A stretch of 57,984 nt of DNA, the filler included, from Sphacelaria rigidula (lineage: Eukaryota): the NCBI GenBank assembly GCA_964200075.2. It is 4 parts of 4 records of this genome, joined end to end, with 100 filler letters (N's around TTAATTAATTAA, not from the genome) between each part and the next. Parts side by side here need not be neighbours in the genome. Positions count along the whole stretch, not along the records: positions 1 to 14,423 come from CAXNAA020002256.1; positions 14,524 to 28,945 come from CAXNAA020002257.1; 2 more parts are not named here. One strand, written 5' to 3'. Below, one piece after another: positions 12,401 through 24,149 of the stretch (positions within the stretch are counted from its first letter, which is position 1; every line of letters begins with the position of its first letter). Below the pieces are notes generated by a model. That model searched no databases. It had not been told where the DNA came from and worked only from the letters and a program-made list of their open reading frames with translations. The translations under genes and the position numbers were made by a program.

Positions 12401-14326
12401 ACAATGAGTTGCTTCGTTTTCTGGTGTCGCCACTTCCACAGACAGGTACGGGTTCTACACTGCCTCATGGGTGTCTCATCATTTGAACACAACGTGGTAC
12501 GATCATCTCCTTCTGCGCGGAGTTGAGGTTCTCCCACCTCGCACAATATGATATAACTCCACTACCGTCATGGTTACCGCGAAAAAAAACGCAAGCGCTC
12601 AAAACCAAATCGGTAATCTGGTTGCCTAGCTTACGCAGTTGATTTGATTTGATTTGATTTGATTGATTTATTGATTGTCACACTTCAATTGACTCCCCAG
12701 TGGTCCAGCCGTGGTCGCATGATAGACGTACCCAGGAAAAGCAAGACTGAAACACTCGTTCAAGAAAAGATGGAACAGACAAAAGTCGAACAGAACGGCA
12801 GTGTAGACTAAGACGTGAAAAAAACAAAACAGTACGTGGCGTGTATTACAGCGTCGTCGCCAACCGATGCCAACCCCATAGGAGGGTCAGTCCCTACAAA
12901 GCCGGGACGGAGCACGCCAGGTTATTTCCGGACCAGGCTGAATTTGCCGGGGGGAAGCGGGGGTGTGATTAGTTCTATAATTCGTATCAATCGAAACCAA
13001 CGAGAGAAAAGTCGCCCGGCTACACAGTCAGTCCACAGGCAAGGTTTGCCTCACGCAAGAGGGACCTCCAACAGTTGGGGGGGGCGGGGGCGGGGGGCGT
13101 ACTCACTGGTTGCTTCCCTTATTTCAGTCATTTGACCATCGACCGACTATCCATTTTGGGGGTGGGGGATACAACGTTACTCTTTATACTCCGGAGTATT
13201 GCATAAAAAAGGGACACATACTTGACACCCATGCAACGACAGGTGCGGATAAACCCCACCATACACGGAACTTCGATATTGTTTGCGTTTTCGCCTTACT
13301 TGAAGCAATCTTCATCTTGCTCTTGTTGTTCTGCTCTGCTCTGATATGCTGCGTTCTGTTTTGATTTGTTTTTTGTTTTGTACTACATGCCCCACTTTAC
13401 CTAAGATTTCGCGGCAGGAGCCGGCCAATTCCGTGCTTTACAAAAGCAATGTCATCATCCAGACCGTGACGAGTGTATATACTCGCGTTTTCCATAATCT
13501 TACCGCTTCACTTCATTCCATTCTGTCTCCTCTATTTCCGCTCTCCACCTTTTTCTCGTTTACTCTTTTCCTCTCCTTTTTCATAATCTCTCTCGTCCTC
13601 TCGAATAAGTTTTCTTCAGCAACCGTTTCCCTTTCGTTAACCTCGGGTGCATGTATCTCACCACTGACCACGGCCGCATTCCCTGGAGATCATGTGTCAA
13701 CGTGCTACTCGCACAGCTAATGGATGATAACCAACAAATGCGAATGGACGACGTATTGCCGCATGCGTGCACAAGTACGCGTGTTCAAGACAAGAATAAT
13801 TCACCCTGGCCCACTCCTGATCATGAAATATTAAAAAAAAAAATGCAAATCCAAGATTTGAATGTTTTACTTATTTATTTATTTTTGAATCCCAACAGTC
13901 TTTGTATATTCACTATTAGGAATGAAGGAAAAAACAAACAAACGATCTTCTCGAGTAGATCAACTCACAACATCAGCTCGATCTCTACACCTCCGCGACC
14001 GCGTGGGCTCTTCTCTTCCCTCTCTTTTTTTCTTTCTTCTTAACGACATTGTTTGTTCTCTTTCAACGGAATGACGAAACACGAAAAAACATGCTCGGGG
14101 ATGAGGGAGACAAAAATGAAACAGTGGTCGCGAAGAAAACAATCTAAAAGGTTACGTTTTTGTTGTTGTCTTGTCATACTTCATCATTTACCGATTCGCA
14201 GTAGAAGAAGGTGGTGTTTACGCTCGCAGTCGATGACTCAACATCCTCTTGATTCGGAGCCTCGACGATGAGATCCGTCACCAGGAGACCATTCCAGAAC
14301 TGCGACACCTCGCCTTCGAAGAATAT
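283..14326 (-). CDS. Multi-exon gene (partial at both ends): Cys-rich extracellular region followed by a multi-pass transmembrane region; stramenopile receptor-like family often annotated as TRP-C-terminal-domain or polymorphic-outer-membrane-protein-like
   Basis: Hand-spliced GT-AG exons with consistent phases: 14326-14192, 12002-11859, 7512-7410, 6994-6912, 4313-4140, 3826-3701, 2187-2102, 1547-1346, 402-283. Peptide: FFYCES|GQYWDGQVCLQC...LDCSSSGTLLETLPLIQGYWR...IRECLNAQAC...CAVGYTGPYCAVC...KLKIPLVVFQIITQY...IEFPVIFRTFL...INFYGRLLAATIGPL...FLMYSTVSTVIFQTFACD...YLRADYRISC. The 3' exons lie outside the window and the 5' exons fall in or beyond the gap at 14424. Family name is from recall, not a search. 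Confidence 0.85.
1346..1547 (-). CDS. Exon of membrane receptor-like gene (KRHGL...FLMYSTVSTVIFQ)
   Basis: cag acceptor, GTGCG donor, 202 nt, phase 2-0, matching neighbours. Confidence 0.8.
2102..2187 (-). CDS. Exon of membrane receptor-like gene (INFYGRLLAATIGPLVVLLVLAGTYQFV)
   Basis: cag acceptor, GTGAG donor, 86 nt, phase 0-2, hydrophobic helix. Confidence 0.85.
3701..3826 (-). CDS. Exon of membrane receptor-like gene (IITQYASITAIEFPVIF...VCVVK)
   Basis: cag acceptor, GTATG donor, 126 nt, phase 0-0. Confidence 0.85.
4140..4313 (-). CDS. Exon of membrane receptor-like gene (VVMLALMGVIFLGLV...KLKIPLVVFQ)
   Basis: aag acceptor, GTTTG donor, 174 nt, first transmembrane helix. Confidence 0.75.
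5727..5818. mobile_element. Short, internally deleted CACACC-ended MITE
   Basis: CACACCCTGAACA...TGTCCAAGGTGTG flanked by GAACGTTT and GAACGCTT (8-bp TSD, one mismatch); homologous to 26545-26719. Confidence 0.7.
5932..6058. repeat. Inverted repeat/hairpin with ~54-bp arms
   Basis: AGTTAAGCCAGGCTAGTACTACGGTGGGCGACGGGGACCACGTCAGGAGCCCTG pairs with CAGGGCTCCCAACGTGGTCCCCGTCCCCCACCGTAGTACTAGCCTGACTCAACT, about 5 mismatches. Confidence 0.9.
6912..6994 (-). CDS. Exon of membrane receptor-like gene (CAVCDIDYTPGVSNSCHSC)
   Basis: cag acceptor, GTGAG donor, 83 nt, phase 1-0. Confidence 0.85.
7410..7512 (-). CDS. Exon of membrane receptor-like gene (IIRECLNAQAC...CAVGYTGP)
   Basis: cag acceptor, GTAAG donor, 103 nt, phase 0-1. 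Confidence 0.85.
9381..10822. repeat. Large inverted duplication (arms about 9381-10074 and 10094-10822) of a decayed coding sequence, inside intron 7513-11858
   Basis: The arms are diverged reverse complements; they translate to ...KISADVVSSSRIDDFKPQKIVDWACDSKKLDGYFKRDGSGVHGRE* and ...KISADVVSTSHVDVSRPQMILDLACEVERLDGYFKRGRSSVHGKE*. Confidence 0.9.
11376..11470 (-). mobile_element. 3' end of an (AATC)n-tailed non-LTR (LINE/SINE-like) family; other copies at about 12640-12770, 18996-19070 (opposite orientation), 28486-28720, 38054-38115 and 42282-42480
   Basis: Shared core GATTGTCRCAC...GRTCCAGCCGTGGTCNCATGATAGACGTACCC next to a short tandem tail; non-LTR class is inferred from this layout. 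Confidence 0.6.
11859..12002 (-). CDS. Exon of membrane receptor-like gene (GQYWDGQVCLQC...GYWRSTVDTT)
   Basis: cag acceptor, GTGAG donor, 144 nt, phase 0-0. Confidence 0.85.
12181..12478 (+). mobile_element. Near full-length (~300 bp) copy of the G-tract-anchored LTR-like repeat
   Basis: Colinear with 16340-16640; both end at TGCCTCATGGGTGTCTCA; preceded by a long G run. Confidence 0.7.
14192..14326 (-). CDS. Exon of membrane receptor-like gene (IFFEGEVSQFWNG...TTFFYCES)
   Basis: cag acceptor, GTAAA donor, 135 nt open frame joining in phase to GQYWDG. Confidence 0.7.
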
Positions 14327-14423
14327 CTGTCCACAGTTGACAAGAAACAAAAAAAAGAGACTAAGATGGCAACACTAACACTGTCATCATCATCATCGTC
14401 GTCGTCATCATCAGCATCAAATT

Positions 14424-14523
14424 NNNNNNNNNNNNNNNNNNNNNNNNNNNNNNNNNNNNNNNNNNNNTTAATTAATTAANNNNNNNNNNNNNNNNNNNNN
14501 NNNNNNNNNNNNNNNNNNNNNNN
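14424..14523. other. Assembly linker (N-run containing TTAATTAATTAA); same linker at 28946-29045 and 43467-43566
   Basis: Three identical 100-bp N pads with a six-frame stop oligo. Confidence 0.95.
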
Positions 14524-14893
14524 GGGTTTTCCCGCGGCAGTGTTGAGAATGTGATATTATTTTCCGATCATCTTCCTGACCGTTGTCCGACGTTGACCGC
14601 TTCTTCTTCACATCCTACCATACGAAACATGCACACAAAAGATAGACTCACACGTACTACATGTATAAAGTACAGGCGTACGCAGTACTGTCTGTACCGT
14701 AAACAAAGCGGACAAAGCACCGCTTCACGAATTTTACTCGTTCCTTTCTTCGATGGAGAAAGCTTGCAAATTCGCTTGGACCCAACTCCCAGAAAAGTGA
14801 ATGAACTCGTTAAAATTGATTGAACAATCGGTCCAACAATCCATCGATCAAGCAAACAAGCCATCCACTATGGTGGGGAGAGAGTGATCTCAC

Positions 14894-17800
14894 CTGTGTG
14901 ATGTTGGGAGGACCAGTTTTGGGCCAGCTGACGGTGACCTTAAACGGGCAATTCGTCTGCCAAACAGGAAAAGGAAACCGTGCGTACATGTCGGCAAGCA
15001 CACAAACAACAGGAAATACAAGAGGAGGGGGGGGGGGGATGAGGTGAAGATATTAAAAACCTGCATACATTCTTGGGGGGCGTCGTAACTTTTTTCTCGG
15101 AAACCACGTATTCAAGGGGGGCGTCACTCCACTGACGGACGAACAGGCACCTGCAGGCTAAAATAAAACCTCGGAGTCATGCTCCGATGGGGAGGGGGGG
15201 GGGGGTACTCATGACCATGCATGCCATAGTCATGGGACCATTGACCTCGCATCCCTGCAAAGCCGGGGGGGAACACGCCAGGTTTTCGCCGAACCAGGCC
15301 CGCACTCAATCACCAGTAGGGGAGGGGGGGGGGGGGGGCGTGTTTGATTCCACGAGAAACAGGGCTCGTGGGTGCGTCACACGGCCGAACACACTTGCGG
15401 TGCGCTTATATTTAGATAAAAACGGTATCCAGCTGCATGAGTGAGTGTTGTTTATCGGTAACAAGCGCGTCTGAACAACCGTTGCTGCTTTCATCGACAC
15501 TTGAAGTGGGATTTCGTGAAAGAAATGAACGACCAAATCGTTGCTCCGGGCGTTTCCTGCTCTTGTTGCTACGAATTCCCCTCCCCCCAGTGGTGCTCCG
15601 TCTCGAAAGGGATGCATAGTCAATGGTCAAACGACTAAGGCGAGCAACGAATGAGCACGCCCTCAGTGTCCCGTCTTCGTCATTCTCCATTTTGTGCAGA
15701 GACGAAGAACAACCGCTGCCGCTGTGCCCCAGTGGTGACATGCCAGTTTTTTTGTCTTCTATTTTTCCGTGACTCGAGTCTGAATCCCGAATATCAACGT
15801 TCATTACTTATTGTTCATCATTCATCACTAATAATTATTAGCCATTAATTATGTTTTCCTTTCATAATATTTGCGCATCCTAGCACGATCTTTCGGACTC
15901 GTCGTCACAGACGTATGCTCGCCTTTCCAGTGCCGTTACTACTAATTTTTACATAAGAGAGAAGCGCTCATTGAGCGGCTGCTTCTGATACTCCAACACT
16001 GAACAAAACAAAACAACGAGAGAGAGAGAGAGAGAGAGAGAAAGCGAGACGCCAAGAAAACATATCCACAGCATTCCGAGATACCTGGAGATTTCGACCA
16101 GAACAACATACAGAGTATTCTGAGATATCTAGGGGCCGAACGATCATCGGGTGGGGGTTGGACGGGAGGTGTACTCATGGTCTTGCACGCCGTTATCATA
16201 TGATCATCGACTTCTCATCCCTGCGAAGCCGGGACGGCGGGTGGGGGGGGCGGGGGCGTACTCATTTTTTCCTTGCCGTAGTCATTTGACCATTCACCAA
16301 GCATCCCTTTCGACAAGGAGCACCGCGCGGTGGGGGGAGGTACTCATGATCATGCATGCACAGTCATGGAAGCATTGAGCCCGCATGCCTACAGAGCCAG
16401 AACGGAGCACGCCGGGTTTTCGCCGTACAAGGCTCGCAATCAATCACCAAGCGCGAAGCGCCGAGATGTGTGCGGCGATTCGCATGAAGGGCGAGCTGCA
16501 TCCTGCCAAGATTGTTCGGCCAGAAGCGTACTGATCATCTTGCTCATGGATGATGTCCTGCAACAAGTTACTTCATTTTCTGGTTTCACCAGAACCTCTA
16601 GACACAGCCACGGCTTGCACACTGCCTCATGGGTGTCTCACCATGGGGGGGAGGGGGAGTTGATGACCAGAGCCTTAGTCTTGTCCGGTCGAGATACAGG
16701 CGTGTGTGTGCTACTGCTTCCACTGCTGCTGCTATTGCTGACTAGATGTTTTCCTGCTGCTTCAAGGAGGAAAGGGTAACATAGTGCCGTTCCTCCGGGT
16801 GGTGTGCGGTTGCGGTGCACGGCGTGCAGGGTGAGATATGACTTTGCAACTTTCTAGCATTTTTTGCAGGGGGCGAGATAACTTTGAGGATGTTAATGGA
16901 GATACGACGTGCCGGAATGCACCAAGACATAAACACAGTTACTTTGCCATGTCGACGGACAATATGGCAAGTCATTGACAGCAGTACGTGCTCTGCTTGT
17001 TGATGGAATGGGGTGATCGACTTGGAAAAAAATCAGTTTACCTACCTGAGTTCGATTTGTCTACATCCCTTACCCGTGCCCTCCTCAAACGATCTTTACC
17101 ATTTTAACATTGCACTGAAGAGTGACAAAACGGGAACATGATAATACTTATTTTTCAAACCGAGTCATGATATAATAAACGTTTTTCTTATTTTTTTTTT
17201 TAACTTCGTACCCTTGCGATGAAAAAAAAAGGGGGTGTGTACTTCGCACCATACGTATACATGGGCACCTCTGCCTTACCTTGTTGGAGTGTGATTTTCG
17301 TTTCCTGTCTGCCTCGTTCGCCAGCTTCGACCTTCCCAGCCCCGAACACTTGCACACCAGCTGTTGCCGCTTCCACCGGCTCTTCGTGTCATGGTTTTCC
17401 AGCTTTGAGAGACACACAAGACATGTGCGTAAGATAGGCAAAGACGGATGCCCCACCCCCATGATGCACCAGAATATGGATGGGAAAAAAAGAAGGATTC
17501 AGGGAGGGGTTCCCAGTACAGTAGCCCATGGTACCCTAAGTTTTCAGCGTACTCGCAATCTCCGAGTACAGAGTACTTACTCGCAGAAGCGAGTACCCCC
17601 CAGAGTACCTGAAAGTATCCACGAACCTGATGCGGGTTCACGCGACTTTGTCGCCAGATAACCAGGGTTGACGCAATCTGAAAATACTTCAAACCGTGAC
17701 CCTGCACGTACAGGCGCTACACATTCTGATATATCCACTTCTCTCAATTCCTCCTCCTTCTCCTCTTTTTTTTTTTGCGTGTATGTGTATTTGTGCATGT

Positions 17801-18570
17801 ACGCGTATGTGTTCCTCTCTTCCTCTCTTTACCTTGTGGATAGACCTGATGTTGACAGCCGTGTGTCCCCGAACAGCGAGTGCATCCTTCACCTCCTTCC
17901 ATATCGCCGCCCACGTGTCCTCGGGCAGATCCAGCTGCTTGAACCGGTATCCGATGTACAAGATATCACGCCTGCCGCCGTTCTCCCCGCTTCCGCCGGT
18001 AGCTGCAGCAGCAGCCCCAACACCCGCACCGCCGCTTCCAACAGCACCGTTGACCTGTCTCGCAGCCCCAGCCAACCCGTTACCGTTTCTGACGAGTTGA
18101 CCCGCCGTGGTGCCTTGGCCTCCAATGATGAGCAGATCTCCATTCGACGAGACCGGTCGTTGCTGCTGCTGCTGCTGCTGCTGCACCGGTGGCGGCACGA
18201 CCGACTGGCCGATGCCACTGCTTGGCGAAGCGGCCCTTTCCAGCAACGACTGGTCGGTCTCGCCGCTTGGCGAAACGTTACTTCGCGGTTGCGGTTGAGG
18301 TTGGGGCGGCGCAGCTGGCGGTGGGTTTGCTGTCGTTGCAAGACTGCCGATCGGAGGGAGGGTCGCCACCGGCGGAGTTGGTGAAGTGGCACCTACCGGT
18401 ACCGTGGTGGAGTGCTGTTGTCGTTGCTGTTGCTGAATAACTCCCGGGGATTCAGGCTGGCTACTGCCATCACTATTGCCCCAGCCGGTGGCAATGCTAT
18501 CACTCGCGAAGCCTATCAGGTTGCCTGACCCGAAGTTTCCTTCGCCTGCGGATTGAAGATTTCCATGCTG
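14894..18570 (-). CDS. Multi-exon gene: Q/P/G-rich low-complexity region plus FAR1/MULE-type (WRKY-GCM1-like) DNA-binding domain; partial
   Basis: Exons about 18570-17833 (GTAAA donor), 17402-17280 (aag, GTAAG) and 14956-14894 (cag, GTGAG), all phase 0, give LPEDTWAAIWKEVKDALAVRGHTAVNIRSIHK|LENHDTKSRWKRQQLVCKCSGLGRSK...KRKSHSNK|TNCPFKVTVSWPKTGPPNITQ, which fits the FAR1 DBD pattern. The terminal HxH and the start codon were not located. Confidence 0.6.
16171..16640 (+). mobile_element. Three consecutive copies of the G-tract-anchored repeat (16171-16237, 16258-16323, 16340-16640)
   Basis: Each begins GTACTCAT directly after a G-rich run; two sequence subtypes are present. Confidence 0.7.
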
Positions 18571-19320
18571 AAGTTAGCGTTGATGGCATTGATGCTAATG
18601 ATGATGATAATATTACCAGTCACTAATGCCGATGATACTGGTGAGAATACATACAAAATGTGTATCACTTCAATACATACTCCGGGGAACATGATGAACG
18701 TACCGAAAAAAACATGAATATACTACAAAATATACACGTGAATGAATACAGATGCATGCAAGTATCGGCGCGAAAAAAATGAGTGACGTCAATATACACA
18801 ATGAAGATATATATATATTTAAATATTACGAGAATAGACAGCAGTACACACGCATGTGTATATCTCGACAAAACGAAGATTGAATGCCGGCAGGATCGAC
18901 CCTCTCTCCATATATCTTGTACCACAAAAGTACAGCGCTGTCACAACCTACCCTTCGACCGGGGAATATTCCATTTGCCATTTTCCAGTGAGCTCATTTC
19001 GTCTCGGGTACGTCTGTCACGTGACCACGGCTGGATCCCCGGGGGGTCAGTTCGCGACAATCAATCAATCATGGGTAGCTGTGCGAACAATGGCGACCTG
19101 ATTTTATCCATGTGCAAATGTCTCTGCAGTGAAGAAAGATCCCCAAAAAACGCCCGACTCAAAGGACTGCGAAAAAAAGACAAAAACAAAAAACACCGTG
19201 AACAATATCGAAAGCATACTCTTCTGCTCTCATCGGTTTTTTTCTCTTCGAGTGTCATGGGGGCGGTGCAGCAACTGCTTTCAATTTTCACGTTGTTTGC
19301 TGTTCAGTAGATCCGTTCGT

Positions 19321-19361
<41 letters not shown>

Positions 19362-21763
19362 TTGCTGCGTCTTGCTCGCGGCCCGCACGCACCCANNNNN
19401 NNNNNCCTCCATGCTCCGTCTCGAAAGGGATGCGTGGTCAATGGTCAGACGACTAAAGCAAGCAACACATGAGAACGCCCCACCCCCCCCCCCCCCCCTC
19501 TTCCCCCACCTTCCTTTTCTGAGCAACTGTTGGCCCTGCGACGACGTACATTGTCATGCAAACCCTCAAGACAAAATCTGCTACCCATATTGTACAAGGA
19601 CATTTTCTATTTTTGACACGAAAACATACTAGAAAATAGTTGAGAACAGCACACAGCTTTGGCATTTCTCAAACGCGATCATAGCGAGTTATCGCACGGT
19701 ACGCCTCGAAAAAGACAACATGGAGAGGACACAAAAACAGGCAGGCCCACCTCTACGGGCCGTTGTCGACGCGACAAGCAGCAACAGCGCACTAGACATC
19801 TTAGATCAGCTCACCTCCGTGCGACATGCTTGTTGTGCCCGAGCCCGCTCTCCACCCCCACAGTCCGATAACCAGGCGAATGACCCGGTCGGAAAAATAT
19901 AACTTGTTCCGAAGAGCCCCACGCAGCGTGTTATTATAACAAGGAAATTGGCACGATTGTCTCCTCTTGTATGTGCGTGTGTGCGTATTGCTCCCGGTAG
20001 CCTATGGATCGGTCAGGAGAGTAAGCGAATTGCGCACGAGGTAAGGAGTAGTCATTTCTGGTGGAGAGGCAACGCCGGCGTAGAAAAGGTAGGTGGCCCG
20101 CGTATGTACCGCGCTTCGAATGTATTCATGGGGAAGCGATGATTAGCAGTCCTTTACCTTCTCAGGCCAGCCGTACGTCAAATCATCGCGCCAACGCAAG
20201 CAGCTTCTGCCGAACAGCCGAATGGCGTGGCTTATTTGGTGGGACGTGTACGTGCTGCAGGCCGCGCAAGCGGCGGGTATAGATGGGTGGCGCTTTGATT
20301 TTGCGTGAACAGCTCATGGAACGTTTTTAATTTCTCTTCATCACCACCCCAAACAGTCAACCGAGTAGGACGAGCACGAGTCGACACGCACACAACCAAA
20401 CGCGCACGGAACTGCCGCGGTGAATTCATTATCCTTGTGAACCCCCGCTACCAGCAACTACGCCTCGATGGGATGAGAGCCCCCGTCATTGGATGCTTCG
20501 ACAGCAACCTTCGTTGTGTACCCACGGTGTGGCGGGGGTAGCTGCCGCTCCGACGTGACAGCTGAGCCCAACAGTAACACTCAGCTACCTGCATATTACT
20601 TCTTTTTCGTGAACTGATTCGGATCACGAGCTAGCTCATTTGGTCCCCCTTTCTCATATTTGTTTCTCCCCAAAGCTCTGGACGCTGAGCACACGGAGTA
20701 GCGCAACGGTAGCGCTTTGGCTTCTCAGACCCTGCTGTCACGTATTGGGTGTTGTTGAGCAAGAAATCCGAGAGTCCTCTTCGACCAGTTACTTTAGGAA
20801 GCTCATGAGCCGTCCGACGTGTGCAGTATTCACAGCGGGATTATACCTGTACACACAGGGCAAAGGAGGTACAATGCACCCACCTCGCTCAAACGATAGC
20901 AAAATGCTGCTGCACGCCTTATGGCCTTGCTTTTTTGCATTTCTTCCGCCGAGAGCTCATGTCCTTATGGCGTCCATCTACAGTACGCCTACAAAAATTA
21001 TCGTCCAGGATCCCCCGAGACTCAGCCGACAAAATTTCGGAAGAGAATCCCTTGAGAGGGAAAGGCTAACCCCCTTCCCTAAATATGGCCGTGGTGTCAA
21101 GGGATTGATGCATGACGCCCACTCCGCGCTATCTTGTTATTTGTTATTTAGTATTGGATGATGACCAGTGCGCAGCCCGTTCACTTTCATCAATTTTTTA
21201 CATCACCTTCCGCACTCACGCTTGCCTAGACGGAGACTCTTTGAACATGACACTTAGGGCCCGTTTTAACGAGACCAGATATGGTGGGAACGCGACATGA
21301 CAGTGGTTGTGATTCTGGAGATTCGCGACTTTTGTTTATTTGTCTTTTGGTGTTCTCCGATCGGTTGTGAGTTGATGCCAGATTCTCATCTGCCCCGAAA
21401 TCACTCTCGCGGAAATTAATCATTTGGGAATACATTTTTGTGAGATCGGGTGAACATTCACGTGATGATGCGAAGAGGAACGTCACATGGTCGCAAGGCA
21501 TGGGCTGTTCGGCTCTTCATGGGGCGCACAACTGGCTTTCCCACCCCAAGCAGTAGCCACGCATGGGAGACACACCGGACATGCACGGCTTCCACCGAGA
21601 GATGCGCACGGCTATATCGCCCGGAACTTAGCCGAGTGAGCAAGCATGGACCCATCGGCGGGTAGTACGGACGAGCGATTTCCAGCAGGGTGGCAGTCAC
21701 GGGCAAGGTGCGTGGGCGTTGTCGCACGATCGAAAAACGCGGACAGTCTCTCGCACGAGGAAG

Positions 21764-21765
<2 letters not shown>

Positions 21766-21807
<42 letters not shown>

Positions 21808-21810
21808 CAG
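21766..21810. repeat. (GCA)n microsatellite
   Basis: Directly visible trinucleotide run. Confidence 0.95.
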
Positions 21811-22659
21811 TATCGGCACCAGCCGATTCAGTCCCACTCAACCGCACGCATCAGCTAGCAGTGAAGATGCTGCTAATGGTTCTTCTCATGCGGGAGGCGG
21901 TCCACGTTTCGTCCTGCGGCAATGCCCATACACCTTGCGCGTTATTGCCGTCCTACTTGAAATCATTTGTTTCCCCCTTCGATTGCAACGACGCGTGATT
22001 TTTCATGAAAATGAATTCGTGAACCGTCATCTCACCATCGCTATCACGAAATGATTCTCAATTTCCGTGTTTAGTTTCAACACCGCCTTGCTGTTATGGG
22101 TGGGACTGGAGGGCCTAACGACCAAAAATCAGCGGCAAACTAAAAAAAAACAGAAGGGCGGAAGAATAATGAACACGTCAGTAGGTGGTCACACCTGTGC
22201 CGAGGCCCTCTCGAGCAGAACGCACGCTTCATCACTTACAAACTTGGTTTACTATGGGATAGCTCTAGCACGGGAGATCGCGCGGTTCTCGACACAGGAA
22301 GCAAGCCAGCCCACGGCACTTCACACACCCCCGCATACACACAAGATCTAGGGGATTCTAGTTCACATTTTCCTGGCGTCGCGCCAGCAGCGAGAAACCC
22401 CCTTCCCGGAGCGCCAAACACCTCATTTTTGTACGTTTGGGTTTGTTGCGGCTCAGTATCACGCTCAAACGAAAAAATAAAATAGATTGACCTAGCTTGG
22501 GTGTATGGGAAGCGCACGCAAGAAACTGCAGTCCAATCCTCTGCTTTGTGGCCGGGTTCTACGCGTTGCGCGATCGGCACTTTCAGGTTGAGGATTAGAA
22601 TCTAGCGCTATTATAGGTCCAACATCGCAAATTAAAAAAAATCGGTGCGCATGTTGTTT

Positions 22660-23530
22660 TTTCTCGCCGCAAGTTGTCACGACATGCAGTTTGGTTGTGC
22701 GTCGGCAGGCGCTGCTGCTTAGTTCTGTGCGGCTGTGCACAAAAGGCAATTTCGCCTTTCAACAGCGAGTATCCTTTCAAGTGTCGAATTTTAGAGGGGG
22801 AGTTCACAGATGAAAGACAAAGCTAGCGGCTGCTTCGTGTCAGAGCTCCAGGGCAGAAGCGGAGGCTTCTAGAGCGATTGTAGCACTTGCACCGCCTTAC
22901 ATCTTCTGGCGACTGTTGTGATCATGTACTTGGTAATTGTCTGTTCATATTATACTAATGTAAGAGTGAGACGCAAACTATGCGACGGTCGACAGCTTCG
23001 TTTTGGGCTGCATATTTTTTTCTTGCAGCGAGCAGTGTGTGACGGTGTTTCACTTTGTGGCGTGCCGCCAGGTGCTGCTTCGTTCTGTACGGCTGTGCAC
23101 AATGAGCAAATTAGCCTTTCATCAGCGAGTACCCTTCATGTATTGGGTTGCAGAGGGCGACGTAACACATGAACTTCGGCTGTTGGATCTGAGGGTTCCA
23201 GCAGAGAAACCAGGGCGTCAAGGGAGATTTTTATTTTAGACTACACACTGACTATGTATGAACAGGTCAGCAGAGCCACGGTGTTTCAACTGACTGCCTA
23301 TATATATTGAAAATAATATGTAAACCATGCCATTTACACCAACTTGCATCTTCGACCAAATGCTATTTTTTGGCACCAATGTCACGACATTTGCTTTGGT
23401 GGCGGTCCGCCATGTGCTGCTCTGTTCTGTGGGGATGTGTACAGAGGACAACCTCACTTATCATGAGCGTATGCCCTTTCACCCCTTGGCTTGTAGAGGA
23501 CGAGTTCACCGATGAAACACGGCCGTCTTC
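22660..23530. repeat. Three diverged tandem units with a ~150-bp conserved core, spaced 363 and 342 bp
   Basis: Cores start GTCACGACA or GTGACGGTG at 22676, 23039 and 23381 and share TTCTGTRSGGMTGTGYACA and AGAGG...ATGAA. Confidence 0.8.
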
Positions 23531-24149
23531 TCACAGACGTTTTCGAGACAGAACCCAGGGGATGCGCAACGCTGCTGCTAATGGTATCCAAATTTCCGTG
23601 CTTTCTCGTTCTAGCACGATGTCAGGCACGCCTTTTACTGCAGATGCGTTGGTGTGTGGCGGCCACAACTGCTGCTGTTCGTCTTCTTGTCTTGTTATAT
23701 TCGCAATAGTAGTAAACGTGGGGTAGCGGCTCGGGGGCGTGCGCTTCCCGAGTAGTACAGCAGCTGAGCACTGGTGCACCAAGAGTTTCCACCCACTGAC
23801 CTGAAGCGAGATATCCGGAGGAACAATATCATCTCAACACCGAGCCCTCACAGGCTTGAAGATATGTACAGGCTGGTTCACGGAAAAAAATCCAAATTCT
23901 GTCATCAGCAAATGCCTTCTGGAATACACACCCAAACGTCGCATGCATGGTATCATACTGACCGCAATGAACAGACGAAGCGGGTGACATAGCCGGATTT
24001 TTTTAGGCTATAGCAATGGCGCTAAGGACAAAAATGTGTCTCGACCAATCAGCGCCTTCCAAACTGTTCCGAAATTTAAAATACGATTTCCAAACCCAAT
24101 TTTCACCGAATCCCCACATGCTTTAAATCGTAGTGACCGTCATCACCTC

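Noticed and set aside
13660-13720. Exon-like stretch (CASSTLTHDLQGMRPWS, then GTGAG)
   Set aside because: The 14192 and 12002 exons already join in frame into a sensible Cys motif, so nothing requires it.
14468-14479. Recurrent TTAATTAATTAA motif inside N-runs
   Set aside because: Artificial scaffolding linker with stops in all six frames; not biological.
14327-14956. Joining the FAR1-like exons to the membrane-protein exons as one fusion gene
   Set aside because: They are separated by an assembly linker, the domain logic is incompatible, and there is no direct evidence.
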